Numbered from the stretch's first letter, positions 21,125 to 30,961 are shown. The stretch: 64,000 nucleotides of DNA from Vulcanimicrobiota bacterium (GCA_963812135.1 CAWETU010000001.1:2080001-2144000), one strand, 5' to 3'. Numbers and translations are program-made. Notes: generated from the letters alone by a model not told the origin.

Positions 21125-21451
21125 CTACTCGTTTCCTTTCATCGTATCGGGCCAGGCGGTGGGCGGGATGTCCGCCGTCGCCAGGCCTTTGTATTTCTTG
21201 TTCTTCTTCACGCGCTCGACGCACTGCGGCGAGCATAGGTACGCGCCCCTGCCGTCGCTGCGCGCCTCCGGATCGGCGCTCCAGCGCCCATCCGCGACCC
21301 GCACGAAGCGCAGCAGATGCCGTTTTTCGCGACGCGTGCGGCATCCAACGCATTGCCGGATCGGTACGCGTTCGGATTCCGCGAGATCATTCGGTTGCGC
21401 CAGTCTTTTCGGCGTCGTCGGCGGCATCCTCCGTAGCCTCGGGTTGGGCAT
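21125..21451 (-). CDS. ylxR: YlxR/DUF448 (RnpM) RNA-binding protein; start codon uncertain
   Basis: PIRQCVGCR, LLRFVR, GRGAYLC; between nusA and infB. Confidence 0.85.
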   Translation of the reverse strand: MPNPRLRRMPPTTPKRLAQPNDLAESERVPIRQCVGCRTRREKRHLLRFVRVADGRWSADPEARSDGRGAYLCSPQCVERVKKNKKYKGLATADIPPTAWPDTMKGNE

Positions 21452-22742
21452 CGCCGTCGCTGCCGGCCTCCGCGCCGCTCTCGGTGCGCTGCAGTTCTTG
21501 CAGACGGCGGATCAAATCTTCGTCCTGTGCGAGCATCTCGGGCGTCAGGTCGACGCCGGACTCTTGCGCGGCCGCTTCGGCCATCGCGGCGAGCTCCTCA
21601 GACTCTTGCTCTTCTTCGACGCGCTGCGAGACGACCTTGGTCCACTGCTCTTCGTTGTGGATGTCGATGCGCCAGCCGGTGAGCCGCGCTGCGAGCCGCA
21701 CGTTTTGGCCTTCTTTGCCGATCGCCAGCGACAGCTGGTGGTCCGGCACGACCGCTTCAGCCAGATGTTGGCGCTCGCTCAAGTGGACTTGGATGACTTT
21801 GGCGGGCTGCAGCGCGTTGGCGACGTACGTGGCCGTGTCGGCCGCCCATTGGATCACGTCGATCTTCTCGCCGTGCAGCTCATCGCTGATGTTGTTGATG
21901 CGCGAACTGCGCGGACCAAGACAGGCGCCGACCGCGTCGATGTCCTCTTCGTCCGTCCAGACCGACACTTTGGAGCGCGAGCCGGGTTCGCGTGCGATAT
22001 CTTTGAGCTCGACCAGACCCTGCGCGACTTCGGGGATCTCGGTTTCGAACAGCCGGCGCACGACGTTCGGATGCGTGCGCGACACGACGATCTGCGGGCC
22101 CTTGTTGGTCTTGCGCGCTTCCATCACGTAGACGCGCACGCGCGAGCCGATGCGGAACGATTCGTGCGGCACTTGCTCGGACAGCGGCAGGATGGCTTCG
22201 GCTTTTCCGAGGTCGATGAACATGTTGCGCTGCTCGTAGCGCAGCACCGTGCCGCTGATCATGTGATCGATGCGATCGTTATACTCGTCGAACACGAGAT
22301 CGCGCTCCGCCTCGCGGATGCGCTGCACGATGACCTGCTTGGCCGTCTGCGCGGCGATGCGTCCGAATTCTTTGGGCGTCACTTCGATGTCGAAATTGTC
22401 GCCGATCTTGTACTTGTCGCCGGCCTCAGCCGGGCTGATCTCGATCAGCGGGTCGGTGACCTCTTCGACGACCGTGCGGCGCGCGAACACTCGATACGAA
22501 CCATCTTCGCGATCGACGATCACGACAGGATTGCCGTGCGCTTCGGCCTCGCGGGCGAAATTGCGCTTGTACGCGGACACCAGCGCGGCTTCTAAGGCGT
22601 CGATCAGGACAGCGAACGATAAGCCCCGGTCGCGCTCCAGATCGTGGAGGGCCGCGATGAGCTCCGGATTCGGTTGCGCGGGTGCTGCGACGGCCGAGCC
22701 GTTGGATGCCGCCGTCTTCTTTGCGGTTTTCCGAGGTGCCAT
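21387..22742 (-). CDS. nusA: Transcription termination/antitermination factor NusA
   Basis: FGRIAAQTAKQVI, AREPGSRSKV, SLAIGKEGQNVRLAARLTGWRIDI. Confidence 0.97.
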   Translation of the reverse strand: MAPRKTAKKTAASNGSAVAAPAQPNPELIAALHDLERDRGLSFAVLIDALEAALVSAYKRNFAREAEAHGNPVVIVDREDGSYRVFARRTVVEEVTDPLIEISPAEAGDKYKIGDNFDIEVTPKEFGRIAAQTAKQVIVQRIREAERDLVFDEYNDRIDHMISGTVLRYEQRNMFIDLGKAEAILPLSEQVPHESFRIGSRVRVYVMEARKTNKGPQIVVSRTHPNVVRRLFETEIPEVAQGLVELKDIAREPGSRSKVSVWTDEEDIDAVGACLGPRSSRINNISDELHGEKIDVIQWAADTATYVANALQPAKVIQVHLSERQHLAEAVVPDHQLSLAIGKEGQNVRLAARLTGWRIDIHNEEQWTKVVSQRVEEEQESEELAAMAEAAAQESGVDLTPEMLAQDEDLIRRLQELQRTESGAEAGSDGDAQPEATEDAADDAEKTGATE

Positions 22743-22765
22743 GACGGTGTGCTTTAGTCCCCTAG

Positions 22766-22797
22766 GAGAAACGAAAGGAGTGGGCTGTCCCACTCCT
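22766..22797 (-). terminator. Leader attenuator hairpin (rimP-leader-like) upstream of nusA
   Basis: AGGAGTGGG-ACAG-CCCACTCCT followed by interrupted U-tract TTCGTTTC on the minus strand. Confidence 0.7.
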
Positions 22798-22815
22798 CAC
22801 GGAGAATACACTCGT

Positions 22816-22844
22816 AGTTTACCATATGCGCCGTCCCGGCGCAA
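22816..22844 (-). promoter_or_regulatory. Sigma70-like promoter for the nusA-infB operon
   Basis: TTGCGC-17 bp-TAAACT with extended -10 TG. Confidence 0.6.
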
Positions 22845-22865
22845 GCGTCACGGGACCGTCAACGG

Positions 22866-23342
22866 TTAGAGCCAGCGGCCGACTTTTTCTTTATATCCGA
22901 GGTACTGCTCGCCGAAACGGCGCTCCAGATAACGCTCTTCGGCGGCGATGACTGAGTAGCGAATGATGAGCATGACGGGCATCAAGAAGATAAGCATCCA
23001 GCCGGACTGCATAAGCGCCGCCACACCGAGATAGAACAGCGTCAGTCCGAGATAGAGCGGGTTGCGCGTGCGGCTATAGATCCCCGACGTCATCAGCGCG
23101 GTGACCGGTTCCCGCGGGCTCACGGGCGTGCGCGCCGCGCGGAACATCGGCAGCGCGCCGATCCAGAGCGCGAGCCATCCGATCAGAAAGATCGTGGCGA
23201 GCGGCCAGCGTGCGGGACCGAGCGGGATGTGCAGCGGCACGAATCGCTCCAGCACTAGCCCGGCCAGCAAGCCGGCGAGATAGATGAACGGCGGCGGGAA
23301 ACGGACGCCCGCGTTGTCGGTTGGCGCGGCGGCACTCATCAC
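22866..23342 (-). CDS. ICMT family membrane methyltransferase
   Basis: FPPPFIY, SGIYSRTRNPLYLG, EERYLERRFGEQYLGYKEKVGRWL. Confidence 0.9.
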   Translation of the reverse strand: MMSAAAPTDNAGVRFPPPFIYLAGLLAGLVLERFVPLHIPLGPARWPLATIFLIGWLALWIGALPMFRAARTPVSPREPVTALMTSGIYSRTRNPLYLGLTLFYLGVAALMQSGWMLIFLMPVMLIIRYSVIAAEERYLERRFGEQYLGYKEKVGRWL

Positions 23343-23827
23343 TTGCGCTTCTTCTTGAGATCGTCAGCGGGCTCGTAGACAAGATTGGCGCGCTTGATGG
23401 CGGCGTATGGGATCTCTACCGCGCCTGCGTAGCGGTCCGCGATGGTGACCTTTTCGTCGTCGGCCGCGTCGAGCTTGCCGGTGAACTCCACGCGATTGCT
23501 GATGCGCAGTTTGGTGATGATGCGCGCGTCGCGCCCGAAGAAGCGTTTGAAGTGCGCCGGTGTGAGCAGCGGGCGGTCGAGGCCTGCGGAGGCGACTTCG
23601 ATCGTGTACGGTCCGACGACCCCGCCCAGCCCTTCGACGCGGTGATCGATGTAGCGCGTGAGCTGTTCGCACAGCGCGATATCGACGCCGCCGTCGCGAT
23701 CGACCGTCACGGCCAGCGCGTACGCGCCGCGCTCGCGGCGCGCGCTCGCCTTGAGGACCTCGATCGACGGAAACTCCGTCGCGATGCCATGCAGAATCGA
23801 ATCGAGATTTTCTATCGTGCTCGACAT
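23339..23827 (-). CDS. rimP: Ribosome maturation factor RimP
   Basis: VDRDGGVDIALCE, YTIEVASAGLDRPL, HFKRFFG, IKRANL. Confidence 0.9.
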   Translation of the reverse strand: MSSTIENLDSILHGIATEFPSIEVLKASARRERGAYALAVTVDRDGGVDIALCEQLTRYIDHRVEGLGGVVGPYTIEVASAGLDRPLLTPAHFKRFFGRDARIITKLRISNRVEFTGKLDAADDEKVTIADRYAGAVEIPYAAIKRANLVYEPADDLKKKRK

Positions 23828-23828
23828 G

Positions 23829-24554
23829 TCAATGCGGGGGCGCGATGGTGAAACCGGCCTCGCGCAGTGCTGCCGTCACCGCGAGCGCGATTCCGGCTGC
23901 GCCGGGCGTGTCGCCGTGGATGCAGAGCGTTTGCACGCGGCCGCTGCGCGCAAGATCGAGGGCCTGGTTCGCGCAGCGCACCGGGTCGGAGATCAGTGCT
24001 CCCTTGAGCGTACGCGAGCGCAGCGAACCGTCGGGCTCGTACGCCCGGTCGCAAAATCCCTCGGCGGCCGTTTTTAGGCCCGCTTCGTCGCCGGCGGCGA
24101 GCAGCGCCGAACCCGGTAGGCCGACAAGCGTGAGGGGGACGTCAGCGCGCGCGACCGCGCGGGCGATCGCTTTAGCGATCGTTTCGCGGCGCGACGCATC
24201 ATTATAGAGCGCACCGTGCGGCTTGACGTGATGCAGCTTCGCGCCATACGAGTCGACGAACGCGATCAGCGCGCCGATCTGATAGAGCACGCCCGACTCG
24301 ACATCGTCGGGTGAGATCTCCATGCTGCGCCGGCCGAAACCCGCGAGGTCGGGATATGAAGGATGGGCACCGATGGCGACGCCGCGCTGCGTGGCGGCGC
24401 ACACGGTCGCGTCGATCGTCGATGGGTCGCCGGCGTGGAACCCGCAGGCGATGTTCGCCGAGCTGACGAGGTCCAGCAGCGCGTCGTCGTCGCCCATGCG
24501 CCACGCCCCGTATGACTCGCCGATGTCGCAGTTCAGATCGATCGTTTTTTCCAT
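23829..24554 (-). CDS. pxpA: 5-oxoprolinase subunit A (LamB/YcsF)
   Basis: IDLNCDIGES, ANIACGFHAGDP, HVKPHGALYN, TLCIHGD. Confidence 0.95.
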   Translation of the reverse strand: MEKTIDLNCDIGESYGAWRMGDDDALLDLVSSANIACGFHAGDPSTIDATVCAATQRGVAIGAHPSYPDLAGFGRRSMEISPDDVESGVLYQIGALIAFVDSYGAKLHHVKPHGALYNDASRRETIAKAIARAVARADVPLTLVGLPGSALLAAGDEAGLKTAAEGFCDRAYEPDGSLRSRTLKGALISDPVRCANQALDLARSGRVQTLCIHGDTPGAAGIALAVTAALREAGFTIAPPH

Positions 24555-24555
24555 G

Positions 24556-25525
24556 TCAGCATTCGTCAGCGGAGTCGAGCGTGCGCCGCAGCCCGCGCAG
24601 CGCGTGCACCGCATCGGCCTGCGACGCGAGCGCAAACCGCACGACATCACCGGGGCGCAACTGTCCGGCGCGCGGTGTATCCGCCGCGATGATACACGCC
24701 GCGGTTGCGTAGCCGCCCGTCGTCTGGTGCTCCGCGAGCAGGATCACGGGCAGCCCGGCGCTCGTTACTTGAACGCATCCCGCATACGCACCCGCTGAGA
24801 TGACATCGGTCGGACGCTCGAGCTCGATGGCGTCTCCTTCTAACTGCACGCCTTGGCGAGTCGAACGGCTGGAGACGCCGTACGAGCGCGCGAGTAACTC
24901 CTGCCACGCACGATCGGAGAGCGACGATCGGTGCGGGCCGGGCAGCACGCGCAGTATGGCCGATGGATCCCACCTTGGGATGGCTTGGGGCGGATAGGCG
25001 AACTGCGCGACGCCGGGCTTCGCTCTGTGCGACACGCGAGCTCCGCTCGGGTTCTACATTTAAGAGGTCGCCCGCCCGCAGCGCGCGGCCTTGGTATCCG
25101 CCGAAGCCCGCGCCAAGATCGGTCGACGCGCTGCCGAGCACGAGCGGTACTTCGATGCCGCCCTCGACCCCGAGGTACGACCGCGCGCCGCATTCGGCCG
25201 GCCCTATAGAGATGCGCGCCCCTGCCCGGACGTCGTGCGAGCGCCATGCATGCGCGGTCGCGCCGTCGATGGTCAGCGGCGCAAACGCGCCGGTGATCGC
25301 GATCCTCGCATCGCACGATATTTCGAAGCTCGCGCCAAGCAGCGTCGTCTCGATGACCGCCGCGCCCGCCGCGTTTCCGACAAGCAGATTTGCGGCACGT
25401 GCGCTGAACCAATCGACCGCGCCCGAGGGCGACACGCCAAAGCGCGCGACATCGCGCCGTCCATCGTCTTGCACGGTGGATTGAAGGCCCGGGTTGATCA
25501 CGCGCAGCGTGCGCGGAGCCGTCAC
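24556..25525 (-). pseudogene. pxpC: 5-oxoprolinase subunit C (allophanate hydrolase 2 domain), frameshifted near 25035
   Basis: GLQSTVQDDGR, GARSYLGVEGG, LGSASTD in one frame; LRVLPGPH, EHQTTGGY, GQLRPGD in the +1 frame. Confidence 0.85.
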
Positions 25526-26199
25526 CACGTGAGCTCCGCCATCGCGTCCGCGATCTTCTTGACCGGCGCAAACCGCACTTCGTCGCCGGGCGCGAACAGC
25601 GCGGCGGGTTCGCGCGCCGGATCGAAGACCGTCGCGCGAGTCTGGCCCAAGAGGCGCCACCCGCCGGGCGAGCTGCGAGGATAGATGCCGCATTGGGTGC
25701 CGGCGATCGCGACGCTGCCCGCTGGAACGCGATCGCGCGGCTTGCTTAAGCGCGGCGCGCCCAGCTGGGCGGGCAGCCCCATCAGGTACGGAAATCCGGC
25801 GATGAAACCGAGGAACGCCACCCGGTATTCCGCGGCGCAGAGCTGTTTGACGTACGCGGCCGGGGAAAGTCCCGACTCGCTCGCGGTCTCGTCCAAATCC
25901 TCGCCATACTCGCCGCCGAAACACACGCCGACGCGGATGCTCCGCGGAGTGAGGATCACGTGGTCGGCGCTCTCGTTCACGACGCCCCGCATGCATGCGA
26001 GCGCGAGCGCGAGATCCAGCCGCGAAAGGTCGACGCGCACGAGCACAGAGGCGTAGGCAGCGACCACGTCGAGCGCGCTCTCGCCGAACCGTTCGCGCGC
26101 CAGCGCCGCGATCGCCCAAGCGCGCCGGGTTGTGGCGAGGTCGATCGTGTCGCCGAGTTTGGCGATGACGGCGGCGTCGCCGGCCGGTTCGACGGTCAT
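25522..26199 (-). CDS. pxpB: 5-oxoprolinase subunit B
   Basis: FLGFIAGFPYL, VPAGSVAIAG, GIYPRSSPGGWRLLGQT. Confidence 0.93.
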   Translation of the reverse strand: MTVEPAGDAAVIAKLGDTIDLATTRRAWAIAALARERFGESALDVVAAYASVLVRVDLSRLDLALALACMRGVVNESADHVILTPRSIRVGVCFGGEYGEDLDETASESGLSPAAYVKQLCAAEYRVAFLGFIAGFPYLMGLPAQLGAPRLSKPRDRVPAGSVAIAGTQCGIYPRSSPGGWRLLGQTRATVFDPAREPAALFAPGDEVRFAPVKKIADAMAELTW

Positions 26200-26207
26200 G
26201 TCGCGCT

Positions 26208-26231
26208 CGGTCGAATGAGTTCGACCGCTAC
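26208..26231 (-). repeat. REP-like palindrome, copy 3 (loop variant)
   Basis: CGGTCGAATGAGTTCGACCGCTAC in a 53-bp divergent gap. Confidence 0.85.
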
Positions 26232-26252
26232 GCCGGCGAAGCACGGGCGTCC

Positions 26253-28058
26253 ATGGCGACGAAGCTTCATTTCTCTCCGCGGCCCAATCGAGCGGCCGAC
26301 ATCAACTGGCAACCGTGGAGTCCCGATGCGTTCGAGCGGGCCGAGGCCGAGCACAAACCGGTACTGCTGGCCATCTCCGCGGTGTGGTGCCATTGGTGTC
26401 ACGTGATGGACGAGACCTCGTACTCGGATCCTGCAGTGATCGATACGATCAATCAGCGTTTCGTGCCGTTGCGGGTCGACAATGATCAGCGTCCCGACGT
26501 CAACGCGCGCTACAACATGGGCGGCTGGCCGACCACCGTCATCCTCACGCCCGAGGGCGAGATTCTGCGCGGGGGCACTTACATTCCGCCGGAGGCGATG
26601 CTTCCATTTCTCCAACAGGTGGCCGACCTGTACGAGGAGCCGGCCAACCGGCTTGAGTTCGCGCGCCGGATCGCGGAATTGAAGGCGAAGCGGACCTCTA
26701 GGCCAGCGGCGGTCTCGGGCGAGCTCGACGCGGAGGCGCCGCAGTTCGTGCTCGGCGCCTTGTCCGAAGCGTTTGACGATGATTACGGCGGTTTCGGGAC
26801 GGAGCCCAAGTTCCCGCAGACCGACGTGCTCCATTTCTTGCTCGATTCGTTCGCCCGCAAGCCCGAGGGCCGCACGCAGACGATGGTCCAGATGACCTTG
26901 CGCGCCTTTGCGGGCGGCGGGATGTACGACCACGTCGAGGGCGGCTTCTTCCGCTATTCGACGACGCGCGATTTCAGCGTGCCGCATTTCGAGAAGATGC
27001 TCGAGGATTTGGGCGGGCTCTTGCTCGCATGCGCTCGCGCCAGCGCGCTGTTCGGCGATGCGGCGCTCGGCCGGGTCGCCGCCGACGTGAAGCGCTACAT
27101 GGACGCGACGCTCTGGAACCCGCAACGGCAGGGCTACGGCGGCAGCCAGGACGCGGATGAGGAATATTACCGGCTTGATAAAGACGGTCGATTAAAATCG
27201 ACCGCTCCCTATGTGGATCCTATCATCTATACGTCGTGGAACGCAGAGGCGGCGCGCGCGCTGATCGTCGGCGGGCCGCTGCTCGCGCAGAGCGGCGTCG
27301 ATGCAGCAGCGTGGATCGCGCGCGGGCTTGAGATCCTGGAGATGCTCTGGTCGACGGCGCTCGTCGACGGGCTTATGACGCGGTATTTCGACGGCACCGC
27401 GCACGTGCGCGGTCTGCTCGGCGATCAGACGTGGAGCGCATGGGCCGCCCTTGCAGCGTTCTCAGCGACCGGCGACGTGCGGTGGTTGGCGCGCGCGCAG
27501 GCGTTGGTCGACACATCGAACGAGCTGTTCGACCAGGCCGCCGGCGCGTATCGGGATCGGGCGCCGCACGCGGTGGACGCCGGGCGATTGAGCGAGCCTA
27601 TCTTCCCCATGCCTGAGAACGCGCTCATGGCGCGCTCGCTGCTCGCGCTGAGCGCGTTCACCGGCGACGAGCGTTTCACGGAGCGGGCGCGGCTGGTGCT
27701 CGATCATTTCGCGCCCTCCTATAAGAAGATGGGCGCCTTCGCGGCGCCGTATGCGTCGGCGGTGCTCGACGCCGTCGAACCGCCCTACGACGTCAAGCTC
27801 GTCGGCGAGCCATCGTCGCCCGCCGCGCGCGACCTGCGGGACCGCTTGCTCGCCGTCGCGTCCCCGCCGCTGCGCATCAACGTCGTGGATCCGCGCGACG
27901 AGGCGCGCATGCGCGCAGCCGCGCTCGAGGGCGTCGCGGAGCCGACCGCCTTCGTGTGTCGCGGCGCGGCGTGTTTCGCGAAGGCAACGTCCGCGGAGGA
28001 CGTGATCGCGGCTATCGGTCGAATAAATCCGACCACTCCATCAATGCCGCTATCTTAA
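26253..28058 (+). CDS. DUF255 thioredoxin-domain protein (YyaL/SSP411 family)
   Basis: INWQPW, WCHWCHVM, GGWPTT, GGFFRYS, PHFEKML. Confidence 0.92.
   Translation: MATKLHFSPRPNRAADINWQPWSPDAFERAEAEHKPVLLAISAVWCHWCHVMDETSYSDPAVIDTINQRFVPLRVDNDQRPDVNARYNMGGWPTTVILTPEGEILRGGTYIPPEAMLPFLQQVADLYEEPANRLEFARRIAELKAKRTSRPAAVSGELDAEAPQFVLGALSEAFDDDYGGFGTEPKFPQTDVLHFLLDSFARKPEGRTQTMVQMTLRAFAGGGMYDHVEGGFFRYSTTRDFSVPHFEKMLEDLGGLLLACARASALFGDAALGRVAADVKRYMDATLWNPQRQGYGGSQDADEEYYRLDKDGRLKSTAPYVDPIIYTSWNAEAARALIVGGPLLAQSGVDAAAWIARGLEILEMLWSTALVDGLMTRYFDGTAHVRGLLGDQTWSAWAALAAFSATGDVRWLARAQALVDTSNELFDQAAGAYRDRAPHAVDAGRLSEPIFPMPENALMARSLLALSAFTGDERFTERARLVLDHFAPSYKKMGAFAAPYASAVLDAVEPPYDVKLVGEPSSPAARDLRDRLLAVASPPLRINVVDPRDEARMRAAALEGVAEPTAFVCRGAACFAKATSAEDVIAAIGRINPTTPSMPLS
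28016..28040 (-). repeat. REP-like palindrome, copy 4 (degenerate, inside CDS 3' end)
   Basis: CGGTCGAATAAATCCGACCACTCCA, read as GRINPTTP. Confidence 0.7.
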
Positions 28059-28253
28059 TGCGCTCGTCCCGGACCTGCGGCTCAAATGCTACATATGACG
28101 AGCCGAAAAATATTTTAGTGATTCGTTTCGGCAAGACGAGGAAAACTTCAAGCGCCTGGCCGAACCGAATGCACTTCGCAAGGTTCCGCACAACCGACGT
28201 TCGCCTACACTCGGTTGTGCTCTATCGTTCAGACGCTTATTGTGGAGGCACGC

Positions 28254-28868
28254 GTGCTACAAGAATTGCGAGTCGACGTCGACGTCACCGATATTCGATC
28301 TGCAATCCGCGAGCGGCTGAGAGAATACGACGACGGCGGACGCGAGGCGCGCACGAATGCCGAGCGCGCGGACAATGCGTGGCGCGTCGTGCAGAACATG
28401 TTAGCCGAAGAGCTCGCCGAGCTCAACGACGGGCTCGCGAGCGAAGCGAAAATCACCGAAAAAGACCGCTTGGCGTTGCCGGACGGCAGCCAGGCGATCG
28501 ACATCGTGTACCGGGACCACAAGTTCTCGATCGTGCGGCCCAAAGACAAGCGCCATCTGGCTTTGGTGGACCCCTCGGCGGGCACTATGCCCATCGAAAA
28601 CCTCGGCAGCAAGCTGTTCATCGCGGGCGAGCCCATCGCCGCCGGTCTACTGCGTGCGATCAACCGGCTCGTCGAACGCGCGACCGCCGGCGTCAACAGT
28701 CATCCGAAGAACGATCACCACTACATGGCGTTGGAGCTGCCCGCGGCAAGCGCGGCGAAGATCGAAGCCGCGCTCAATCTCGCGCGCGACAACGGCTACC
28801 GGTTCGTGGAGTCGTATCGCGGGCAGAGCAAGACGCGCCGCGTGTTCTTATTCGAGACGCTCGAATAG
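28254..28868 (+). CDS. Hypothetical cytoplasmic protein
   Basis: RBS GGAGG before GTG 28254; charged helical N-terminal half. Confidence 0.65.
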   Translation: MLQELRVDVDVTDIRSAIRERLREYDDGGREARTNAERADNAWRVVQNMLAEELAELNDGLASEAKITEKDRLALPDGSQAIDIVYRDHKFSIVRPKDKRHLALVDPSAGTMPIENLGSKLFIAGEPIAAGLLRAINRLVERATAGVNSHPKNDHHYMALELPAASAAKIEAALNLARDNGYRFVESYRGQSKTRRVFLFETLE

Positions 28869-28888
28869 CTCCAGACGAGTGAACGCGA

Positions 28889-28913
28889 CGGTCGAATAAA
28901 TTCGACCGCTACA
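28889..28913 (-). repeat. REP-like palindrome, copy 5
   Basis: Exact consensus, abutting the stop at 28914. Confidence 0.9.
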
Positions 28914-29267
28914 TCATTGGCGCGGGGTGACGTTCTTGATCTGCGGCGTCGCATCCGACGGTGGGCGCCAATTGGCGGCCGCCGGATCCGCGCCCACGTT
29001 CGACTGATGCTCCCTGACGACGTTGGCAGGGCACAGCTTGACGAAGAACGTCACGAGCAGCATGAGCAGCGCGATATCGTCGATCGGCCCCATCAGCGGG
29101 ATGTCGCCGAGCAGGTCCACCGGCGAAATGATGACAAGGGCAGCGGCGGCGAGGCCCAGTTTGAGCACCGACGGAACCCGCGTGTCGAGGAACAGGCGCG
29201 ACGCGAGCATAGCTGTCTTGGGGAACTGCAGCGCCCAGCGTGCGGCAGAGACGAGAGATAAGGCCAT
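28914..29267 (-). CDS. YkvA/DUF1232 family membrane protein
   Basis: DTRVP...K, ISPVDLLGDIPLMGPIDD, CPANVVREH. Confidence 0.85.
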   Translation of the reverse strand: MALSLVSAARWALQFPKTAMLASRLFLDTRVPSVLKLGLAAAALVIISPVDLLGDIPLMGPIDDIALLMLLVTFFVKLCPANVVREHQSNVGADPAAANWRPPSDATPQIKNVTPRQ

Positions 29268-29344
29268 GGCGGTAGGAATCCTCCGGGCCTATTATACCCG
29301 AGGGACGCCGGGATTGTTACCTGTCAAAAAATGGGACGCTTGCA

Positions 29345-29369
29345 CGGTCGACTAAGGTCGACCGCTACA
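29345..29369 (-). repeat. REP-like palindrome, copy 6 (compensatory variant)
   Basis: CGGTCGACTAAGGTCGACCGCTACA; an A-T stem pair is replaced by C-G. Confidence 0.85.
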
Positions 29370-29383
29370 TTTGGGGAGAGAGA

Positions 29384-30961
29384 TTGAAGTACGACGCCAT
29401 CATCATCGGCGGGGGCCACAACGGTCTCGTGACCGCCGGCTACCTCGCGCGCGCCGGGCGCAAAGTGCTGGTGCTCGAGCGCCGCTACATCGTCGGCGGC
29501 GCGTGCGTCACTGAAGAACCGTTTCCCGGCTTCAAAGTTTCGACTGCGGCGTACGTCAATAGCTTGTTCCGCCCCGAGATCATCCGCGACTTGCGGCTGC
29601 GCGATTACGGCTTCGACCTGATCGAGCGCAACCCGGCGTCGTTCTCACCGACGCTGGACGGTCGCTACCTCATGCTCGGCAGCGGTCTCGACTCGGATGT
29701 GCGCGAGATCGCGAAGTTCAGCAAAAAAGACGCGCAGGCGTATCCATTATACGAGCAGATGCTCGAGCGCGTCGCCTCGGTAGTCGAGCCGACGCTCATC
29801 CAGTCGCCGCCGAACATCGCCAAACCGGGCCTTGGCGACCTGTTCAAGATGGCCCCGATGGGCCGCAGGATGAGCAAACTCGGGTCGGCGATGGGCGAAG
29901 CGATCGAGGTGCTCACGGGACCCGCCAGTCCCATCTTGGATCGCTGGTTCGAATCAGAGCAATTGAAAGGGACGCTGGCGACCGACGCCATCATCGGCGC
30001 CTTCGCATCGCCGTCCATGCCGGGCACGGCGTACGTGCTCTTCCATCATGTCATGGGCGAGACCAACGGAAAACGCGGCGTGTGGGCGTACGTTCGAGGC
30101 GGCATGGGCGGGCTCACCCAAGCGCTCGCGCGTGCGGCTACCGACCTCGGCGCGGAGATCCGCACCGAAGCGGAGGTCTCGAAGATCCTCGTGCGAGACG
30201 GCGCGGTCGAAGGCGTGGTCCTGCGCAACGGCGATGAGCTCCGCGCGCGGCATGTCGCCAGCAACGTCGATTGCAATGTCACATTCTTGCAGCTGCTCGA
30301 CTCGAAGCTGCTGCCGGACGACTTCGTCGCGGCCGTCAAGCGCATCGATTACAGCAGCGCGTCACTGAAGATCAATGCGGCGGTGTCGTCGCTGCCCAAC
30401 TTCACTGCATGTCCGGGAACGGAGGCCGGGCCGCAGCATCACGGCACGGTGCATCTGGTGCCAAGCCAAGAGTTCATCGAGCGCGCATTTGACGACGCGA
30501 AGTACGGCTATCCTTCGAAAGAGCCGGTGGTCGAGTGCCAGTTCCCGTCCTCGCTGGATCCGAGCCTCGCGCCGGCCGGCAAGCACGTCATGTCGATGTT
30601 CGTGCAGTACGCGCCGTATCACCTCAAGGAAGGCACGTGGGACGACGCCACCAAAAACGCCTTTGCGGACCGCTGCTTCGACATCGTCGAGCGCTATGCG
30701 CCGGGGTTCAAGAGCACGGTGATCGCGCGCCAGGTGCTCAGCCCGGTCGATCTCGAGCGCACGTTCAATCTGACCGGCGGCAACATCTTCCAGGGATCGA
30801 TGTCGCTGCACCAGCTGTTCATGTTCCGGCCCGTGCCGGGTTTTGCGAACTACCGCACGCCGATCCGAGGCCTGTTCCTATGCGGCGCGGCCGCGCATCC
30901 CGGAGGCGGGGTTATGGGTGCCGCGGGTTGGAACGCGGCGCGTGAGATGTTGCGAGCGTAA
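29384..30961 (+). CDS. Phytoene desaturase-family FAD oxidoreductase (PYROXD2-like)
   Basis: IGGGHNGL, GGMGGLT, GGNIFQG, YRTPIRGLFLCGAAAHPGGGV. Confidence 0.9.
   Translation: MKYDAIIIGGGHNGLVTAGYLARAGRKVLVLERRYIVGGACVTEEPFPGFKVSTAAYVNSLFRPEIIRDLRLRDYGFDLIERNPASFSPTLDGRYLMLGSGLDSDVREIAKFSKKDAQAYPLYEQMLERVASVVEPTLIQSPPNIAKPGLGDLFKMAPMGRRMSKLGSAMGEAIEVLTGPASPILDRWFESEQLKGTLATDAIIGAFASPSMPGTAYVLFHHVMGETNGKRGVWAYVRGGMGGLTQALARAATDLGAEIRTEAEVSKILVRDGAVEGVVLRNGDELRARHVASNVDCNVTFLQLLDSKLLPDDFVAAVKRIDYSSASLKINAAVSSLPNFTACPGTEAGPQHHGTVHLVPSQEFIERAFDDAKYGYPSKEPVVECQFPSSLDPSLAPAGKHVMSMFVQYAPYHLKEGTWDDATKNAFADRCFDIVERYAPGFKSTVIARQVLSPVDLERTFNLTGGNIFQGSMSLHQLFMFRPVPGFANYRTPIRGLFLCGAAAHPGGGVMGAAGWNAAREMLRA

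Noticed and set aside
17271..22595. Long antisense ORFs (17271..18599, 18809..20404, 21063..22595), and likewise 52384..54315 and 32260..33663
   Set aside because: Shadow frames of conserved genes expected in high-GC DNA; no recognisable motifs.
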